DNA from: Verrucomicrobiota bacterium
GTDB taxonomy: Bacteria > Verrucomicrobiota > Verrucomicrobiia > Verrucomicrobiales > DEV007
DNA length: 12,393 nt
NCBI GenBank assembly: GCA_045046875.1
Contig: JASFYY010000046.1
Coordinates: 1 to 12,393, forward strand
Reading direction: 5' to 3'
The notes beneath the pieces were generated by a model, which had not been told where the DNA came from, did no database searches, and saw nothing but the letters and a program-made list of their open reading frames with translations. Of this stretch, positions 1 to 8,832 are shown piece by piece. The position numbers and the translations under genes are program-made. Numbering within the stretch: position 1 is the stretch's first letter; every line of letters starts with the position of its first letter.

Positions 1-183
1 TCTTAGATTCGATTTTCGAGTTCTAGGAAGAATTAAATGATTTTTCAGCTTTGTTACCGCTTTCATGCAACAAAGGTTGCGTGAGAGCTTTATTATCAAG
101 GTGTATTGAAAACTTTGTTTGGGCGCTGATCGTCGATTTAACAAGGGGTGGAAAAAAAACTTTCAAAAAAACAGGAAAAACGC

Positions 184-201
184 TTGTGAAAAGTTTCACA
201 A
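184..201. promoter_or_regulatory. Palindromic operator TTGTGAA-AAGT-TTCACAA (Rex-box consensus; also contains the CRP-family core TGTGA-N6-TCACA)
   Basis: Perfect 7-bp inverted arms (184-190, 195-201) in the AT-rich non-coding leader, ending 31 bp before the likely actA ATG at 233. The palindrome is seen directly; the identity of the binding factor is inferred. Confidence 0.7.
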
Positions 202-211
202 AGTCTTTAAT
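184..211 (+). promoter_or_regulatory. Candidate sigma70-type promoter for the act operon
   Basis: TTGTGA (184-189, -35-like) and TTTAAT (206-211, 5/6 match to TATAAT) with a 16-bp spacer, preceded by A-tracts at about 152-180 (UP-element-like). Motif match only. Confidence 0.35.
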
Positions 212-232
212 ACGCCCGATAAATCATCACAA

Positions 233-1000
233 ATGGGTAACTTTTTTCCACGCTGGGTAAATTGGATTCCACTGAAAGTCATTTTTGGCCTTTCAGTGGT
301 AGGAATGCTGGTGGTTCCGGCCTTTTGGTACACCGCCACGGCTAAATACACCCGGGTGGGTTACGAACCACAACAGCCGATTCCTTTTGATCACAGTATC
401 CACGCGGGGCAGTTGGGCATGGATTGCCGTTATTGTCACAGTTTTGTCGAGAATTCAAAACACTCGAATATACCAGTGGCCGAGCAGTGTTGGAATTGCC
501 ACAAGGCGATCCGCACCGAGAGCGACAAGTTGTTGAAGCTGCGTGAAGCGGTGGATAAAAACTACGAGGGTTACACCGGTGAGCGGGTGAAGTGGGTGCA
601 GATCCACGAAACTCCGGATTACGCTTATTTTGATCACTCGGTTCACGTCAATCGCGGGGTGAGTTGTATGGAGTGTCACGGCAAGGTCAACGAGATGAAG
701 GTGGTTCGTCAGGAGAAGTCGCTTTCAATGGGTTTTTGTTTGGATTGTCACCGCAATCCGGAAAAACATCTGCGTCCGATGGATGAGATCACTAATTTGA
801 ATTGGAAAGCCGAAGATGTTGATCGTCACGAGTTTTTCAAGTATCTGGCGGAGAAGACGGGCAAATCGGCCAAGGACTTTGCTGAAGAGCATAAAGTGAA
901 AGGGAAAGAGAAGCCTTTGACCCGTGAAGATATCGGTAAAGGGCTGAAAGAGGCTTGGAACGTGAATCCTCCAGAGAGTTGCACGGCATGTCACCGTTAA
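233..1000 (+). CDS. actA: Alternative complex III pentaheme cytochrome c subunit A
   Basis: Five CxxCH motifs (CRYCH, CWNCH, CMECH, CLDCH, CTACH), one N-terminal TM helix, and ActA-typical GYEPQQPIPFDHSIHAG, YFDHSVHV and LSMGFCLDCHR segments. Start moved from 119 (TTG) to the ATG at 233 (MGNFFPRW), because the upstream 38 codons run through the AT-rich promoter/operator region. Confidence 0.95.
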   Translation: MGNFFPRWVNWIPLKVIFGLSVVGMLVVPAFWYTATAKYTRVGYEPQQPIPFDHSIHAGQLGMDCRYCHSFVENSKHSNIPVAEQCWNCHKAIRTESDKLLKLREAVDKNYEGYTGERVKWVQIHETPDYAYFDHSVHVNRGVSCMECHGKVNEMKVVRQEKSLSMGFCLDCHRNPEKHLRPMDEITNLNWKAEDVDRHEFFKYLAEKTGKSAKDFAEEHKVKGKEKPLTREDIGKGLKEAWNVNPPESCTACHR

Positions 1001-1048
1001 TGTTGACAGTGAAACCGAGAAATAAGTAGATTTTCCAGTTATATTAGA

Positions 1049-4000
1049 ATGAAACGCAAGTGGCAACATCCTGAAACTCCCGACACCGGTCGTCAGTACT
1101 GGCGCAGTCTGGGCGAGCTTGATGAAAGCCCTGAATTCACTTCATGGCTGGAACGTGAATTCCCACAGGGAGCGGCAGAACTGGCCGGGCCGGAAACGGA
1201 CGGGGGAGTTTCACGACGCAATTTTGTCCGCCTGATGGGTGCGGCTACCGCACTGGCGGGTTTTGGCATGACTGCTTGCCGTCGCCCACGACGCTTTTTG
1301 GTTCCTTTCAACGAGCATGTTGAATGGAACGTGCCAGGGAATCCTTTGTTTTACTCCACGGTGAAACCGCGTATCGGCGGACTCGGTGGAGATCCGCTGG
1401 TGGTGACGACTCACGAAGGGCGTCCGACCAAGGTGGATGGCAATCGTCTGCACCCGACCGTTTCCGGTGGATCGGATGCTTTCATGCAGGCTTCGGTGCT
1501 GGATCTTTACGATCCGGATCGTTCGAATTTGTATTTGGCCAAAGGGAAAACTTCCAGTGAAGCGGATTTCACCGGTGAATTTCTCACCGAATTCCAAAAA
1601 GGGGTGGGTGACGGTACGGCTTTCTTGGTAGGGGACTCTTCTTCACCGACTCGCAATCGTTTGCTCTCTGAGCTGAAAGAACGTTACCCGTCGGCTGAGT
1701 TTTATCGTCACGAAGCGATTTCGCATGACGGTTGTGCGCAAGCGCAGGAGATTTTGTTTGGCAAAGGTGGTCGTCAGGTGACCCGTTTTGACCGGGCGGA
1801 GAAAATTTTGTCACTCGACTGTGACTTTCTTGGTCTCGACCGAATCGGTGAGGATCCAGTGAAGCAATTCACTTTGGGACGCCGGGTTGAGGATGCCAAG
1901 GGCAAGCTGTCTAAAAAGATGAATCGACTTTATGTCGTGGAACCAGCGTTCACGCTGACCGGCGGCATGGGGGATCACCGTTTGCGTTTGCCCGCAAGTC
2001 AGACTTTCAAAATTGCGGTCTTGTTTGCCCGTGAAATCGCCAAAGCAACCGGCGATGCGGCTTTGAAAAAAGCTGTGGCTGCTACGGCGGGACGCGTGAA
2101 CGGCGCGATTTTCAACCGCAAATGGATCGTGGAAGCCGCCAAGGATTTGGCCGCATCCAAAGGCCGGGCACTGGTGGTGGCGGGTTCTCGTCACGACAAA
2201 GAAGTGCATTTGCTGGTGGCAGCGATCAATACCGCACTGGGTGCTTACTCGGGTAGCAAAGCTTCCTTGCAAGTGGTGAATACGGGTCAAAAAGAAGCCC
2301 GTTTGCCAGGCATCGATGCCTTGGCGAAAAAGATGAAGTCTGATTTGGTGCGCACCCTGGTGGTGGTCGGCGAAACGGATCCGGTGTTTGATGCTCCGGC
2401 TGATTTGAATTTTGCTGAGCTGATGGCCAAAGTACCGGTATCGGTTCACTTGGGCGTGAGAAAAAATCTCACCGCCAAAGCAGCGACTTGGCATGTGCCG
2501 GGCGCACACTACCTCGAAAGCTGGGGGGATTTGCAATCGGTGACCGGAGTGTATTCCGCGATGCAGCCGATGTTATTGCCTTTGTATGGAGGCCTTTCGG
2601 AGATTGAATTTTTTATCCGCCTTTTGGCTGAGCCTGAAAAAGCACCTGCTGAAGGTGAGGAAGCAGCTGCCGGAGCAGCGGTGGCGATTGAAGACGTGCC
2701 TTTGCCTGGTTTGGCCGAAGTGAAAAAGACTTTTGCTACTTTGGCAAAAGGCGACGTGAAAAAAGCTTGGAACGCGACTTTGCGTGACGGTTACCTCGAC
2801 AAATCCAAATTTGCAGTAGCTGCTGGAGCCAAAGTGGACGTGAGCAAGGTGGAGGGAGCTATCGAAGGTGCCGAATTGGTCGACATGCCGTATGCCGAGT
2901 CGATCGAAGTGGTTCTGACCACCAGCGCGGCAATTTACGACGGACGATTTGCCAACAACGGTTGGATGCAGGAAGTGCCTGATCCGATCACCAAACTCAC
3001 TTGGGACAACGCGGCTCTGTTGAGTCAGGCGACCTTCGATAAGTTGGGTCTCAAAGAGGATGGAGAACTTTTGGAAGTCACTGTGGGTGAAACGGTTGTC
3101 AAGGTTCCTGCTTTGCGCAGTCCGGGCCAGGCCGATTTCACGATTACACTGGCATTGGGTTATTACGGCCACGATGCCAAGGGGCAGGAAGTGGAAATCG
3201 GTCGGGTGGGAACAGGTGTTGGTTTTAATGCTTATCCGCTGAAAACGACCGCAGCTTCTTACGTGGTGTCTGGCGCGAAAGTGACTGGCACGGGCAAAAA
3301 ACACATTCTGGCTCTCACTGCAGAACACTACAGCATGGAAGGTCGTGCTTTGGCTCGCGAAGTGACCCTGGACAATTTTGATGATGATCCTGATGCGGTG
3401 CAGAAGCACGGCATGGATGCTCACATTCCGGAAAACATCTCTTTGTATAAAGGGCCGGATTTCATGAACGCGGAAAACCCGGTGAACGATACCGAGCGTA
3501 GCAATCCGTGGAATTTCCCTTTCCGTGTCGATCCCGACCATCAGTGGGCGATGACAGTGGACTTGCATTCTTGTCTCGGTTGCAATGCTTGCACCGTGGC
3601 TTGTCAGGCAGAGAACAATATTCCCATCGTCGGTAAAGCCGAGGTGCTCAATGGTCGTGAAATGCACTGGATCCGTATGGATCGTTATTTCACTACCTTG
3701 AAACAGGAAGATCTTGCCAGCCAGTTCCGCGATGGAGACGGGGATCGCCCCGGTCGTCGCAGCGTGGACGATGACAATATCGAAATGATTCCGCAGTTGG
3801 TTAACTGCGCGCAGTGTGAAGCGGCTCCGTGTGAAACGGTTTGTCCGGTCAACGCGACGACTCATACCGGTGACGGACTGAACGCGATGACTTATAATCG
3901 CTGCATTGGCACACGTTATTGTGCTAATAACTGTCCCTACAAAGCACGTCGTTTCAACTTTTTCGACTTCAATAAACGTCCGCTCGACCAATTGCGTCTG

Positions 4001-4423
4001 GGACCTTTGGCTCCCGCTGAAGGCAATGCGACAACGACCGAGCAGTTGCAGAAAAATCCAAACGTCACCGTTCGTATGCGTGGGGTGATCGAAAAATGCA
4101 CCTACTGTGTGCAACGGATCACCACGGCTAAAGTGGCGGCGAAAGCCAAAGCCCGTGAGTCTGCGGATGTGCAAGTGCCGACCAATAAAGTGGAGACTGC
4201 CTGTCAGGTGGCTTGCCCGTCGGATGCGATTATTTTTGGGAACTTGAAAAACCCGAAAGATGATGTGAATCAGAAAAATTCCAAAGCTTCTCCCCGTAAC
4301 TACGAGATACTGAAGTACCTTGGGATTCGTGCTCGCACGACTTATCTAGGCAGGGTTCGGAATCCGAATCCAAGCATGCCGGGTGCAACGAAAGTGGGGC
4401 AGGCAACCGCGAAGATGCAATAA
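1049..4423 (+). CDS. actB: Alternative complex III subunit B (molybdopterin-oxidoreductase-like domain fused to a ferredoxin FeS domain; Tat substrate)
   Basis: N-terminal YWRSLGEL...EREFP leader, Tat motif SRRNFVRL, lipobox-like MTAC, then EGRPTKVDGN, QASVLDLYDPDRS and NNGWMQEVPDPITKLTWDN. C-terminal FeS motifs CLGCNACTVAC, CAQCEAAPCETVCP, CIGTRYCANNCP (3Fe-4S type) and KCTYC...ACQVACP. Confidence 0.96.
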   Translation: MKRKWQHPETPDTGRQYWRSLGELDESPEFTSWLEREFPQGAAELAGPETDGGVSRRNFVRLMGAATALAGFGMTACRRPRRFLVPFNEHVEWNVPGNPLFYSTVKPRIGGLGGDPLVVTTHEGRPTKVDGNRLHPTVSGGSDAFMQASVLDLYDPDRSNLYLAKGKTSSEADFTGEFLTEFQKGVGDGTAFLVGDSSSPTRNRLLSELKERYPSAEFYRHEAISHDGCAQAQEILFGKGGRQVTRFDRAEKILSLDCDFLGLDRIGEDPVKQFTLGRRVEDAKGKLSKKMNRLYVVEPAFTLTGGMGDHRLRLPASQTFKIAVLFAREIAKATGDAALKKAVAATAGRVNGAIFNRKWIVEAAKDLAASKGRALVVAGSRHDKEVHLLVAAINTALGAYSGSKASLQVVNTGQKEARLPGIDALAKKMKSDLVRTLVVVGETDPVFDAPADLNFAELMAKVPVSVHLGVRKNLTAKAATWHVPGAHYLESWGDLQSVTGVYSAMQPMLLPLYGGLSEIEFFIRLLAEPEKAPAEGEEAAAGAAVAIEDVPLPGLAEVKKTFATLAKGDVKKAWNATLRDGYLDKSKFAVAAGAKVDVSKVEGAIEGAELVDMPYAESIEVVLTTSAAIYDGRFANNGWMQEVPDPITKLTWDNAALLSQATFDKLGLKEDGELLEVTVGETVVKVPALRSPGQADFTITLALGYYGHDAKGQEVEIGRVGTGVGFNAYPLKTTAASYVVSGAKVTGTGKKHILALTAEHYSMEGRALAREVTLDNFDDDPDAVQKHGMDAHIPENISLYKGPDFMNAENPVNDTERSNPWNFPFRVDPDHQWAMTVDLHSCLGCNACTVACQAENNIPIVGKAEVLNGREMHWIRMDRYFTTLKQEDLASQFRDGDGDRPGRRSVDDDNIEMIPQLVNCAQCEAAPCETVCPVNATTHTGDGLNAMTYNRCIGTRYCANNCPYKARRFNFFDFNKRPLDQLRLGPLAPAEGNATTTEQLQKNPNVTVRMRGVIEKCTYCVQRITTAKVAAKAKARESADVQVPTNKVETACQVACPSDAIIFGNLKNPKDDVNQKNSKASPRNYEILKYLGIRARTTYLGRVRNPNPSMPGATKVGQATAKMQ

Positions 4424-4481
4424 ATTGGAATCAACGCGAGTGATCACAGAATTGACTAAAAGATTTAAAGGAATTATTTGA

Positions 4482-5927
4482 ATGGCTAAGGGAACAACAG
4501 ATTCGAATCAGACGGTGCACCCGAGCGAAGCTCCAGGGGTGAAGCGTGAGTCGTTGGTTCTGAACAACCGCTCGATGAGCTGGATCACGGATCGCGTCTG
4601 CGGTATCGTGGAAAACCGCCAACCGTTTGTCTGGTGGATTTTGTTTGTGCCTTCAGTGCTATTGGCCTCATGTCTTGGTTACACCTTGGTGTATTTGGTT
4701 TCGACCGGTGTCGGGGTTTGGGGAAATAACCAACCGGTGGCCTGGGGTTGGGCGATTGTGAACTTCGTGTTCTGGATTGGTATCGGCCATGCGGGAACCT
4801 TGATCTCGGCGATTTTGTTTTTGACCCGTCAGAAGTGGCGGACCTCGGTCAACCGGGCGGCGGAAGCGATGACTTTGTTTGCGGTGGTTTGTGCGGGTAT
4901 TTACCCCGGTTTCCACGTGGGACGATTCTGGATGGTGTGGTTTTTGGCACCGGTTCCAAACTCCAACGAGATTTGGCAGAACTTCAAGAGCCCGCTGTTG
5001 TGGGATGTGTTCGCGGTTTCGACTTATTTCACGGTATCGGTGATCTTCTGGTATATCGGCTTGATTCCCGATCTGGCGACGCTGCGTGATCGCGCGACGA
5101 CCAAAGTGCGCAAGTTTCTCTACGGCATGTTCGCTCTCGGTTGGCGCGGTGGCAACCGGGCTTGGAAACACTATGAAATGGGCTACCTGCTGTTGGCAGC
5201 GCTTTCTACTCCACTGGTGCTCTCGGTGCACTCGGTGGTCTCCTTCGACTTTGCGACTTCAGTGGTGCCCGGTTGGCATACAACGATTTTCCCACCTTAT
5301 TTTGTGGCAGGGGCGGTGTTTGGTGGATTCGCCATGGTGCTGACTTTGATGATACCCATACGCAGTCTCTACGGCTTGCAGGATATGTTTACTTTGAAAC
5401 ATATCGACAACATGGCGAAGATCATTTTGCTGACCGGCACGATTGTGGGTTACGCCTACATCATGGAGCTGTTCATGGCGTATTTCTCAGGCAACAAGTT
5501 TGAGGGTGATGCTTTTTACATGCGGATCGTTAACGGCCCTTATACGTGGGCTTATGCTTGCATGTTCTTTTGCAACGTGATTGCTCCGCAGATTTTCTGG
5601 TTCGATAAAATTCGACGCAACCTGGTGGTGGTCTTCATCGTAGTGATGTTTGTGAATGCGGGTATGTGGTTCGAGCGTTTTGTGATCATCACGACTACTC
5701 TGGCACGTGACTTCCTGCCTGGGCAGTGGGGTTACTACAGCCCGACCTGGGTGGAGTGGTTGATGTTTGCCGGAACTTTTGGCTTGTTCATGATGTTGTT
5801 CCTGTTGTTCATCCGCTTCTTGCCAGTGATCGCGATCAGCGAGGTGAAAGGGGTGTTGCCGGAGTCGGACGCTCATTATCCTGATTGGCAAAAAATGAAA
5901 AAGGGACGTGCTGGAGCAGATGCCTAA
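4482..5927 (+). CDS. actC: Alternative complex III subunit C (NrfD/PsrC-family quinol-oxidising membrane subunit)
   Basis: Polytopic membrane protein with [74 protein letters not shown] and GMWFERF. The conserved His and Asp of the quinol-site region appear intact. Confidence 0.96.
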   Translation: MAKGTTDSNQTVHPSEAPGVKRESLVLNNRSMSWITDRVCGIVENRQPFVWWILFVPSVLLASCLGYTLVYLVSTGVGVWGNNQPVAWGWAIVNFVFWIGIGHAGTLISAILFLTRQKWRTSVNRAAEAMTLFAVVCAGIYPGFHVGRFWMVWFLAPVPNSNEIWQNFKSPLLWDVFAVSTYFTVSVIFWYIGLIPDLATLRDRATTKVRKFLYGMFALGWRGGNRAWKHYEMGYLLLAALSTPLVLSVHSVVSFDFATSVVPGWHTTIFPPYFVAGAVFGGFAMVLTLMIPIRSLYGLQDMFTLKHIDNMAKIILLTGTIVGYAYIMELFMAYFSGNKFEGDAFYMRIVNGPYTWAYACMFFCNVIAPQIFWFDKIRRNLVVVFIVVMFVNAGMWFERFVIITTTLARDFLPGQWGYYSPTWVEWLMFAGTFGLFMMLFLLFIRFLPVIAISEVKGVLPESDAHYPDWQKMKKGRAGADA

Positions 5928-5973
5928 GGGCGGTGCAGAGCTAGAATAAATTAAGATTGAATTTGAATTAAAG

Positions 5974-6534
5974 GTGAAGGCAACAACTAACAGCAAACCG
6001 GCCTACGGTTATGTCGCAGAGTTTGAAAACGCTACGGCGATTTATCACGCTGCGGAGAAAGTGCGCGACGCTGGCTTCAAACGCTGGGATGTGCATTCCC
6101 CTTATCCTATCCACGGCATGGATGCTGCGATGGGATTGAAAAAATCCTGGCTGTCGGCTTTGGTGCTGGCGGGGGGAGCGACCGGTGGTTTGACTGCGTT
6201 GTGTTTGCAGTTTTTTACCCAGGTGAATTTGTATCCCACCGTGGTGCAGGGCAAACCGACAGACTTCTCGACCTTGCCGGCTTTTTTCCCGGTGATTTTC
6301 GAACTGACGATTTTGCTTTCTGCGTTTGCGGTACTGGGTGGTTTGTTGGTGATCCTGATGTTGCCGCGTTTGAATCATCCGCTGCTCGCCTCGAAGACCT
6401 TTTTGAAATTTTCCGACGACGGATTTATTATGTCAATTGAAGCACGGGATCCGAAATTTTCCCGGGAACGGACCAAAGAAATGTTGGAGTCCTTGGGGGC
6501 AACCAATGTGGAGTTGGTCGAAGATGAAGTGTGA
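5974..6534 (+). CDS. actD: Alternative complex III subunit D (DUF3341 family)
   Basis: DVHSPYPIHGMDAAMGL, two TM helices, VQGKP...PAFFPVIFELTIL and FSDDGF motifs, positioned between actC and actE. The GTG start is less certain than the product. Confidence 0.92.
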   Translation: MKATTNSKPAYGYVAEFENATAIYHAAEKVRDAGFKRWDVHSPYPIHGMDAAMGLKKSWLSALVLAGGATGGLTALCLQFFTQVNLYPTVVQGKPTDFSTLPAFFPVIFELTILLSAFAVLGGLLVILMLPRLNHPLLASKTFLKFSDDGFIMSIEARDPKFSRERTKEMLESLGATNVELVEDEV

Positions 6535-6553
6535 TTGAATTAGGAAACTCATA

Positions 6554-7234
6554 ATGCGCTGGTTTTTTCTCATATTATTTATTGTAACGGTGGCCGTGGT
6601 TTCGGCGATCGGAGTTCGTGGTACGCGTTTCACGCAGCCGCCGATGGAGCTGTTTCCTGACATGGATCGTCAGTATAAGGTGAAGTATCAAAAACCCAGC
6701 GACAAGTTTGCTGACGGTAGCGGTAACCGCCTACCGGTGCTTGGCACCGTGCCGATTGGTTTTGAACTGCCCAAAGGGGACAATCGTGCTGCCAATGGCA
6801 AAGCAATCGCGGCTTTTGGATTCAGTCATTCGGATGACTATTATAACAGCGGACGTTTTGGTGATTATTACGGCGACGGCATTCCGTCTGAAGTGAAAGT
6901 GGATGCGGCGCTGCTCAAACGCGGCAAGCAGCAATACGAGATCAAGTGCACAATGTGTCACGGCGCATCCGGCAACGGCAAAGGCACGGTATCGAATTAC
7001 TGGTTGGGATTTCCGCCAAGTGCCGACTTGATGGCCCAGCTGATCAAGGACGCACCGGATGGACAGATTTTTTCTGCGATGACCAACGGCAAAGGCCTGA
7101 TGGGATCGTATAAGGGCATTATCACGGTGCAGGACCGATGGGCGATTATCGCTTATGTCAGAGCTTTGCAGTTTTCTTCTTCGGCGAAAAACGAGGGAGA
7201 AGTGAAAAAGGCTTTTGAACAAGCCCGAAAGTAA
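6554..7234 (+). CDS. actE: Alternative complex III monoheme cytochrome c subunit E
   Basis: Single CTMCH, FPDMDRQ, RLPVLGTVP, DGQIF, GKGLMGSY (distal Met) and DRWAIIAYVRALQ motifs. Hydrophobic N-terminal helix. Confidence 0.92.
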   Translation: MRWFFLILFIVTVAVVSAIGVRGTRFTQPPMELFPDMDRQYKVKYQKPSDKFADGSGNRLPVLGTVPIGFELPKGDNRAANGKAIAAFGFSHSDDYYNSGRFGDYYGDGIPSEVKVDAALLKRGKQQYEIKCTMCHGASGNGKGTVSNYWLGFPPSADLMAQLIKDAPDGQIFSAMTNGKGLMGSYKGIITVQDRWAIIAYVRALQFSSSAKNEGEVKKAFEQARK

Positions 7235-7263
7235 TTTTTAAAAAGCAAGAAGACTAGATTTTT

Positions 7264-8823
7264 ATGAGCGCACTTAAGTCAGCAGATGATTTCCCAAAAG
7301 ACGGGGAAGCTCTGAACAAGTCGAAAACAGGAATGCTGAAAATGGTGTTTCTGGCAGTCGGCGTTGTCGGTTTGGTGTTGTTCGCCATCCTAGCGATGAC
7401 AGGAGGCGGAGAAGACGGAGAAGTTTCACGCCAGTCGATGATGGCTTATTCCTGGTTGTTTGCGGTGATGTTCTTTTTGACTCTCGCCGTGGGGGGGATC
7501 TTCTGGACGCTGGTTCATAATGCCACCAACTCGGGTTGGGGAGTGATGGTCAGGCGCTTGATGGAAAACCTCGGCAGTCTCACCCCGTGGATTTTGTTAT
7601 TGGGTTTGCCTTTGGTATTCTGTAGTGGTTTCAAAAACGCACTGTGGGAGTGGATTCCAGAGCAGGCGGCGTTGATCGAAGGCGGTGAAAAATACGCAAA
7701 AGCTCATTTGGAAGCTGAAAAAACCAAACGTGCGAAGGATTTGGAAGTATCCAAGGCTGACTTCAAAAAGCTGGAAACTGAAACAGCTGCGGCTTTGACC
7801 AAAGCGGGCGAGAACAAGGGGGAAGCGAGCTTTCTCAATGAGCGTCTGGTGCATGCCAAAAGTAAGTTGGCGGAATTGGAAGAGGGGCAGTTGGATGACA
7901 AAGCCCTGAGCAAAGAGCTGCAGGTTCACTTCATGAAACACGGTGACGGTGAAGGCGGTCACGGTAATCCTTTGTTGTTCCACAAAAGTGGGTATTTGAA
8001 CATAGGTTCATGGGTGATGCGTTACATCTTTTATGTGCTTGGTCTGGGTGGGGTGATTTACACTTTGAGGAAATGGTCGATTGCCCAGGATAAAACGGGT
8101 GATCCTAAGTATACCCTTTTGATGCGTCGTTTCAGTTGTGCCTTTATTGCGGTGTTTGGTATTTGCTGGACTTTCCTGGTGGTCGACTGGTTGATGGTCT
8201 TGGATTACACCTGGTTTTCGACCATGTGGGGCGTTTACCTTTTTGCCGGAGCCGCTTTGAGCTCGATGGCGTTGCTGATTGCTTTGCTGACTTACTTGCG
8301 CAGCCAGGGGCATTTCAAAGACACCGTGACCATGGAGCACTACCACTTGATGGGTAAGTTGCTGCATTCCTTTGTGATCTTCTGGGCTTACATTGCGTTC
8401 AGTCAGTTTTTCCTGATCTGGTATGCCAACATCACTGAAGAAACCAAGTTCTTCCTGTTGCGTAACACAGACTTTTTTAATACCTACACCATCAGCTTGT
8501 TAGTGATCGGTCACTTCTTCATTCCTTTTGCCGCATTGTTGGTGCGTCAGGTCAAAAAGACCCCGGCACTGATGGTGGCCATCTCGGTTTGGATTTTATT
8601 GATGCAGATCGCTGACATCTATTGGATCATTATCCCCGAGCGTGGGGTATCCCTGACGGGTGGGGCGCAATTGGTCATCCCAGGTGCGATCTGGTTTGAT
8701 GTATTGGCCTTTATTACGGTGGGTGGTATTTTCGGATTCCTCTTGCTGCGCAGTCTGGGCAAATCGAGTTTGTATCCCAGCCAGGATCCTCGCCTGGAAG
8801 AATCTTTGAACGTGGTGAACTGA
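7264..8823 (+). CDS. actF: Alternative complex III subunit F (membrane subunit, ActC paralogue) with a large hydrophilic insertion
   Basis: GWGVMVRRLME, KSGYLN, DWLMVLDYTWFSTMWG, HLMGKL, FWAYIAFSQFFLIWYANITEET and C-terminal DPRLEESL motifs, with about 10 hydrophobic segments. Confidence 0.93.
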   Translation: MSALKSADDFPKDGEALNKSKTGMLKMVFLAVGVVGLVLFAILAMTGGGEDGEVSRQSMMAYSWLFAVMFFLTLAVGGIFWTLVHNATNSGWGVMVRRLMENLGSLTPWILLLGLPLVFCSGFKNALWEWIPEQAALIEGGEKYAKAHLEAEKTKRAKDLEVSKADFKKLETETAAALTKAGENKGEASFLNERLVHAKSKLAELEEGQLDDKALSKELQVHFMKHGDGEGGHGNPLLFHKSGYLNIGSWVMRYIFYVLGLGGVIYTLRKWSIAQDKTGDPKYTLLMRRFSCAFIAVFGICWTFLVVDWLMVLDYTWFSTMWGVYLFAGAALSSMALLIALLTYLRSQGHFKDTVTMEHYHLMGKLLHSFVIFWAYIAFSQFFLIWYANITEETKFFLLRNTDFFNTYTISLLVIGHFFIPFAALLVRQVKKTPALMVAISVWILLMQIADIYWIIIPERGVSLTGGAQLVIPGAIWFDVLAFITVGGIFGFLLLRSLGKSSLYPSQDPRLEESLNVVN

Positions 8824-8832
8824 TACTTAATA

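Noticed and set aside
49..80. Short inverted repeats CTTTGTT/AACAAAG (49-75) and GCAAC/GTTGC (67-80)
   Set aside because: Short and overlapping in AT-rich DNA, with no U-tract or recognisable consensus. They cannot be distinguished from chance.
119..232. 38-codon N-terminal extension of actA in the ORF track
   Set aside because: It starts at TTG, is K/N-rich from A-tracts and runs through the operator palindrome. The ATG at 233 gives a typical ActA N-terminus.
1049..3540. ActB as an active molybdoenzyme
   Set aside because: ActB resembles molybdopterin oxidoreductases, but characterised ActB proteins bind no Mo cofactor, and nothing here suggests otherwise.
2573..4174. 533-aa antisense ORF, plus the other minus-strand and alternate-frame ORFs in the track
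   Set aside because: They overlap well-supported genes, have no recognisable motifs, and are explained as codon-bias shadow frames.
5955..6541. Shared 9-mer GATTGAATT in the spacers before actD (5955-5963) and actE (6533-6541)
   Set aside because: Only two copies of a short AT-rich word, one overlapping a stop codon. This is insufficient to call a motif.
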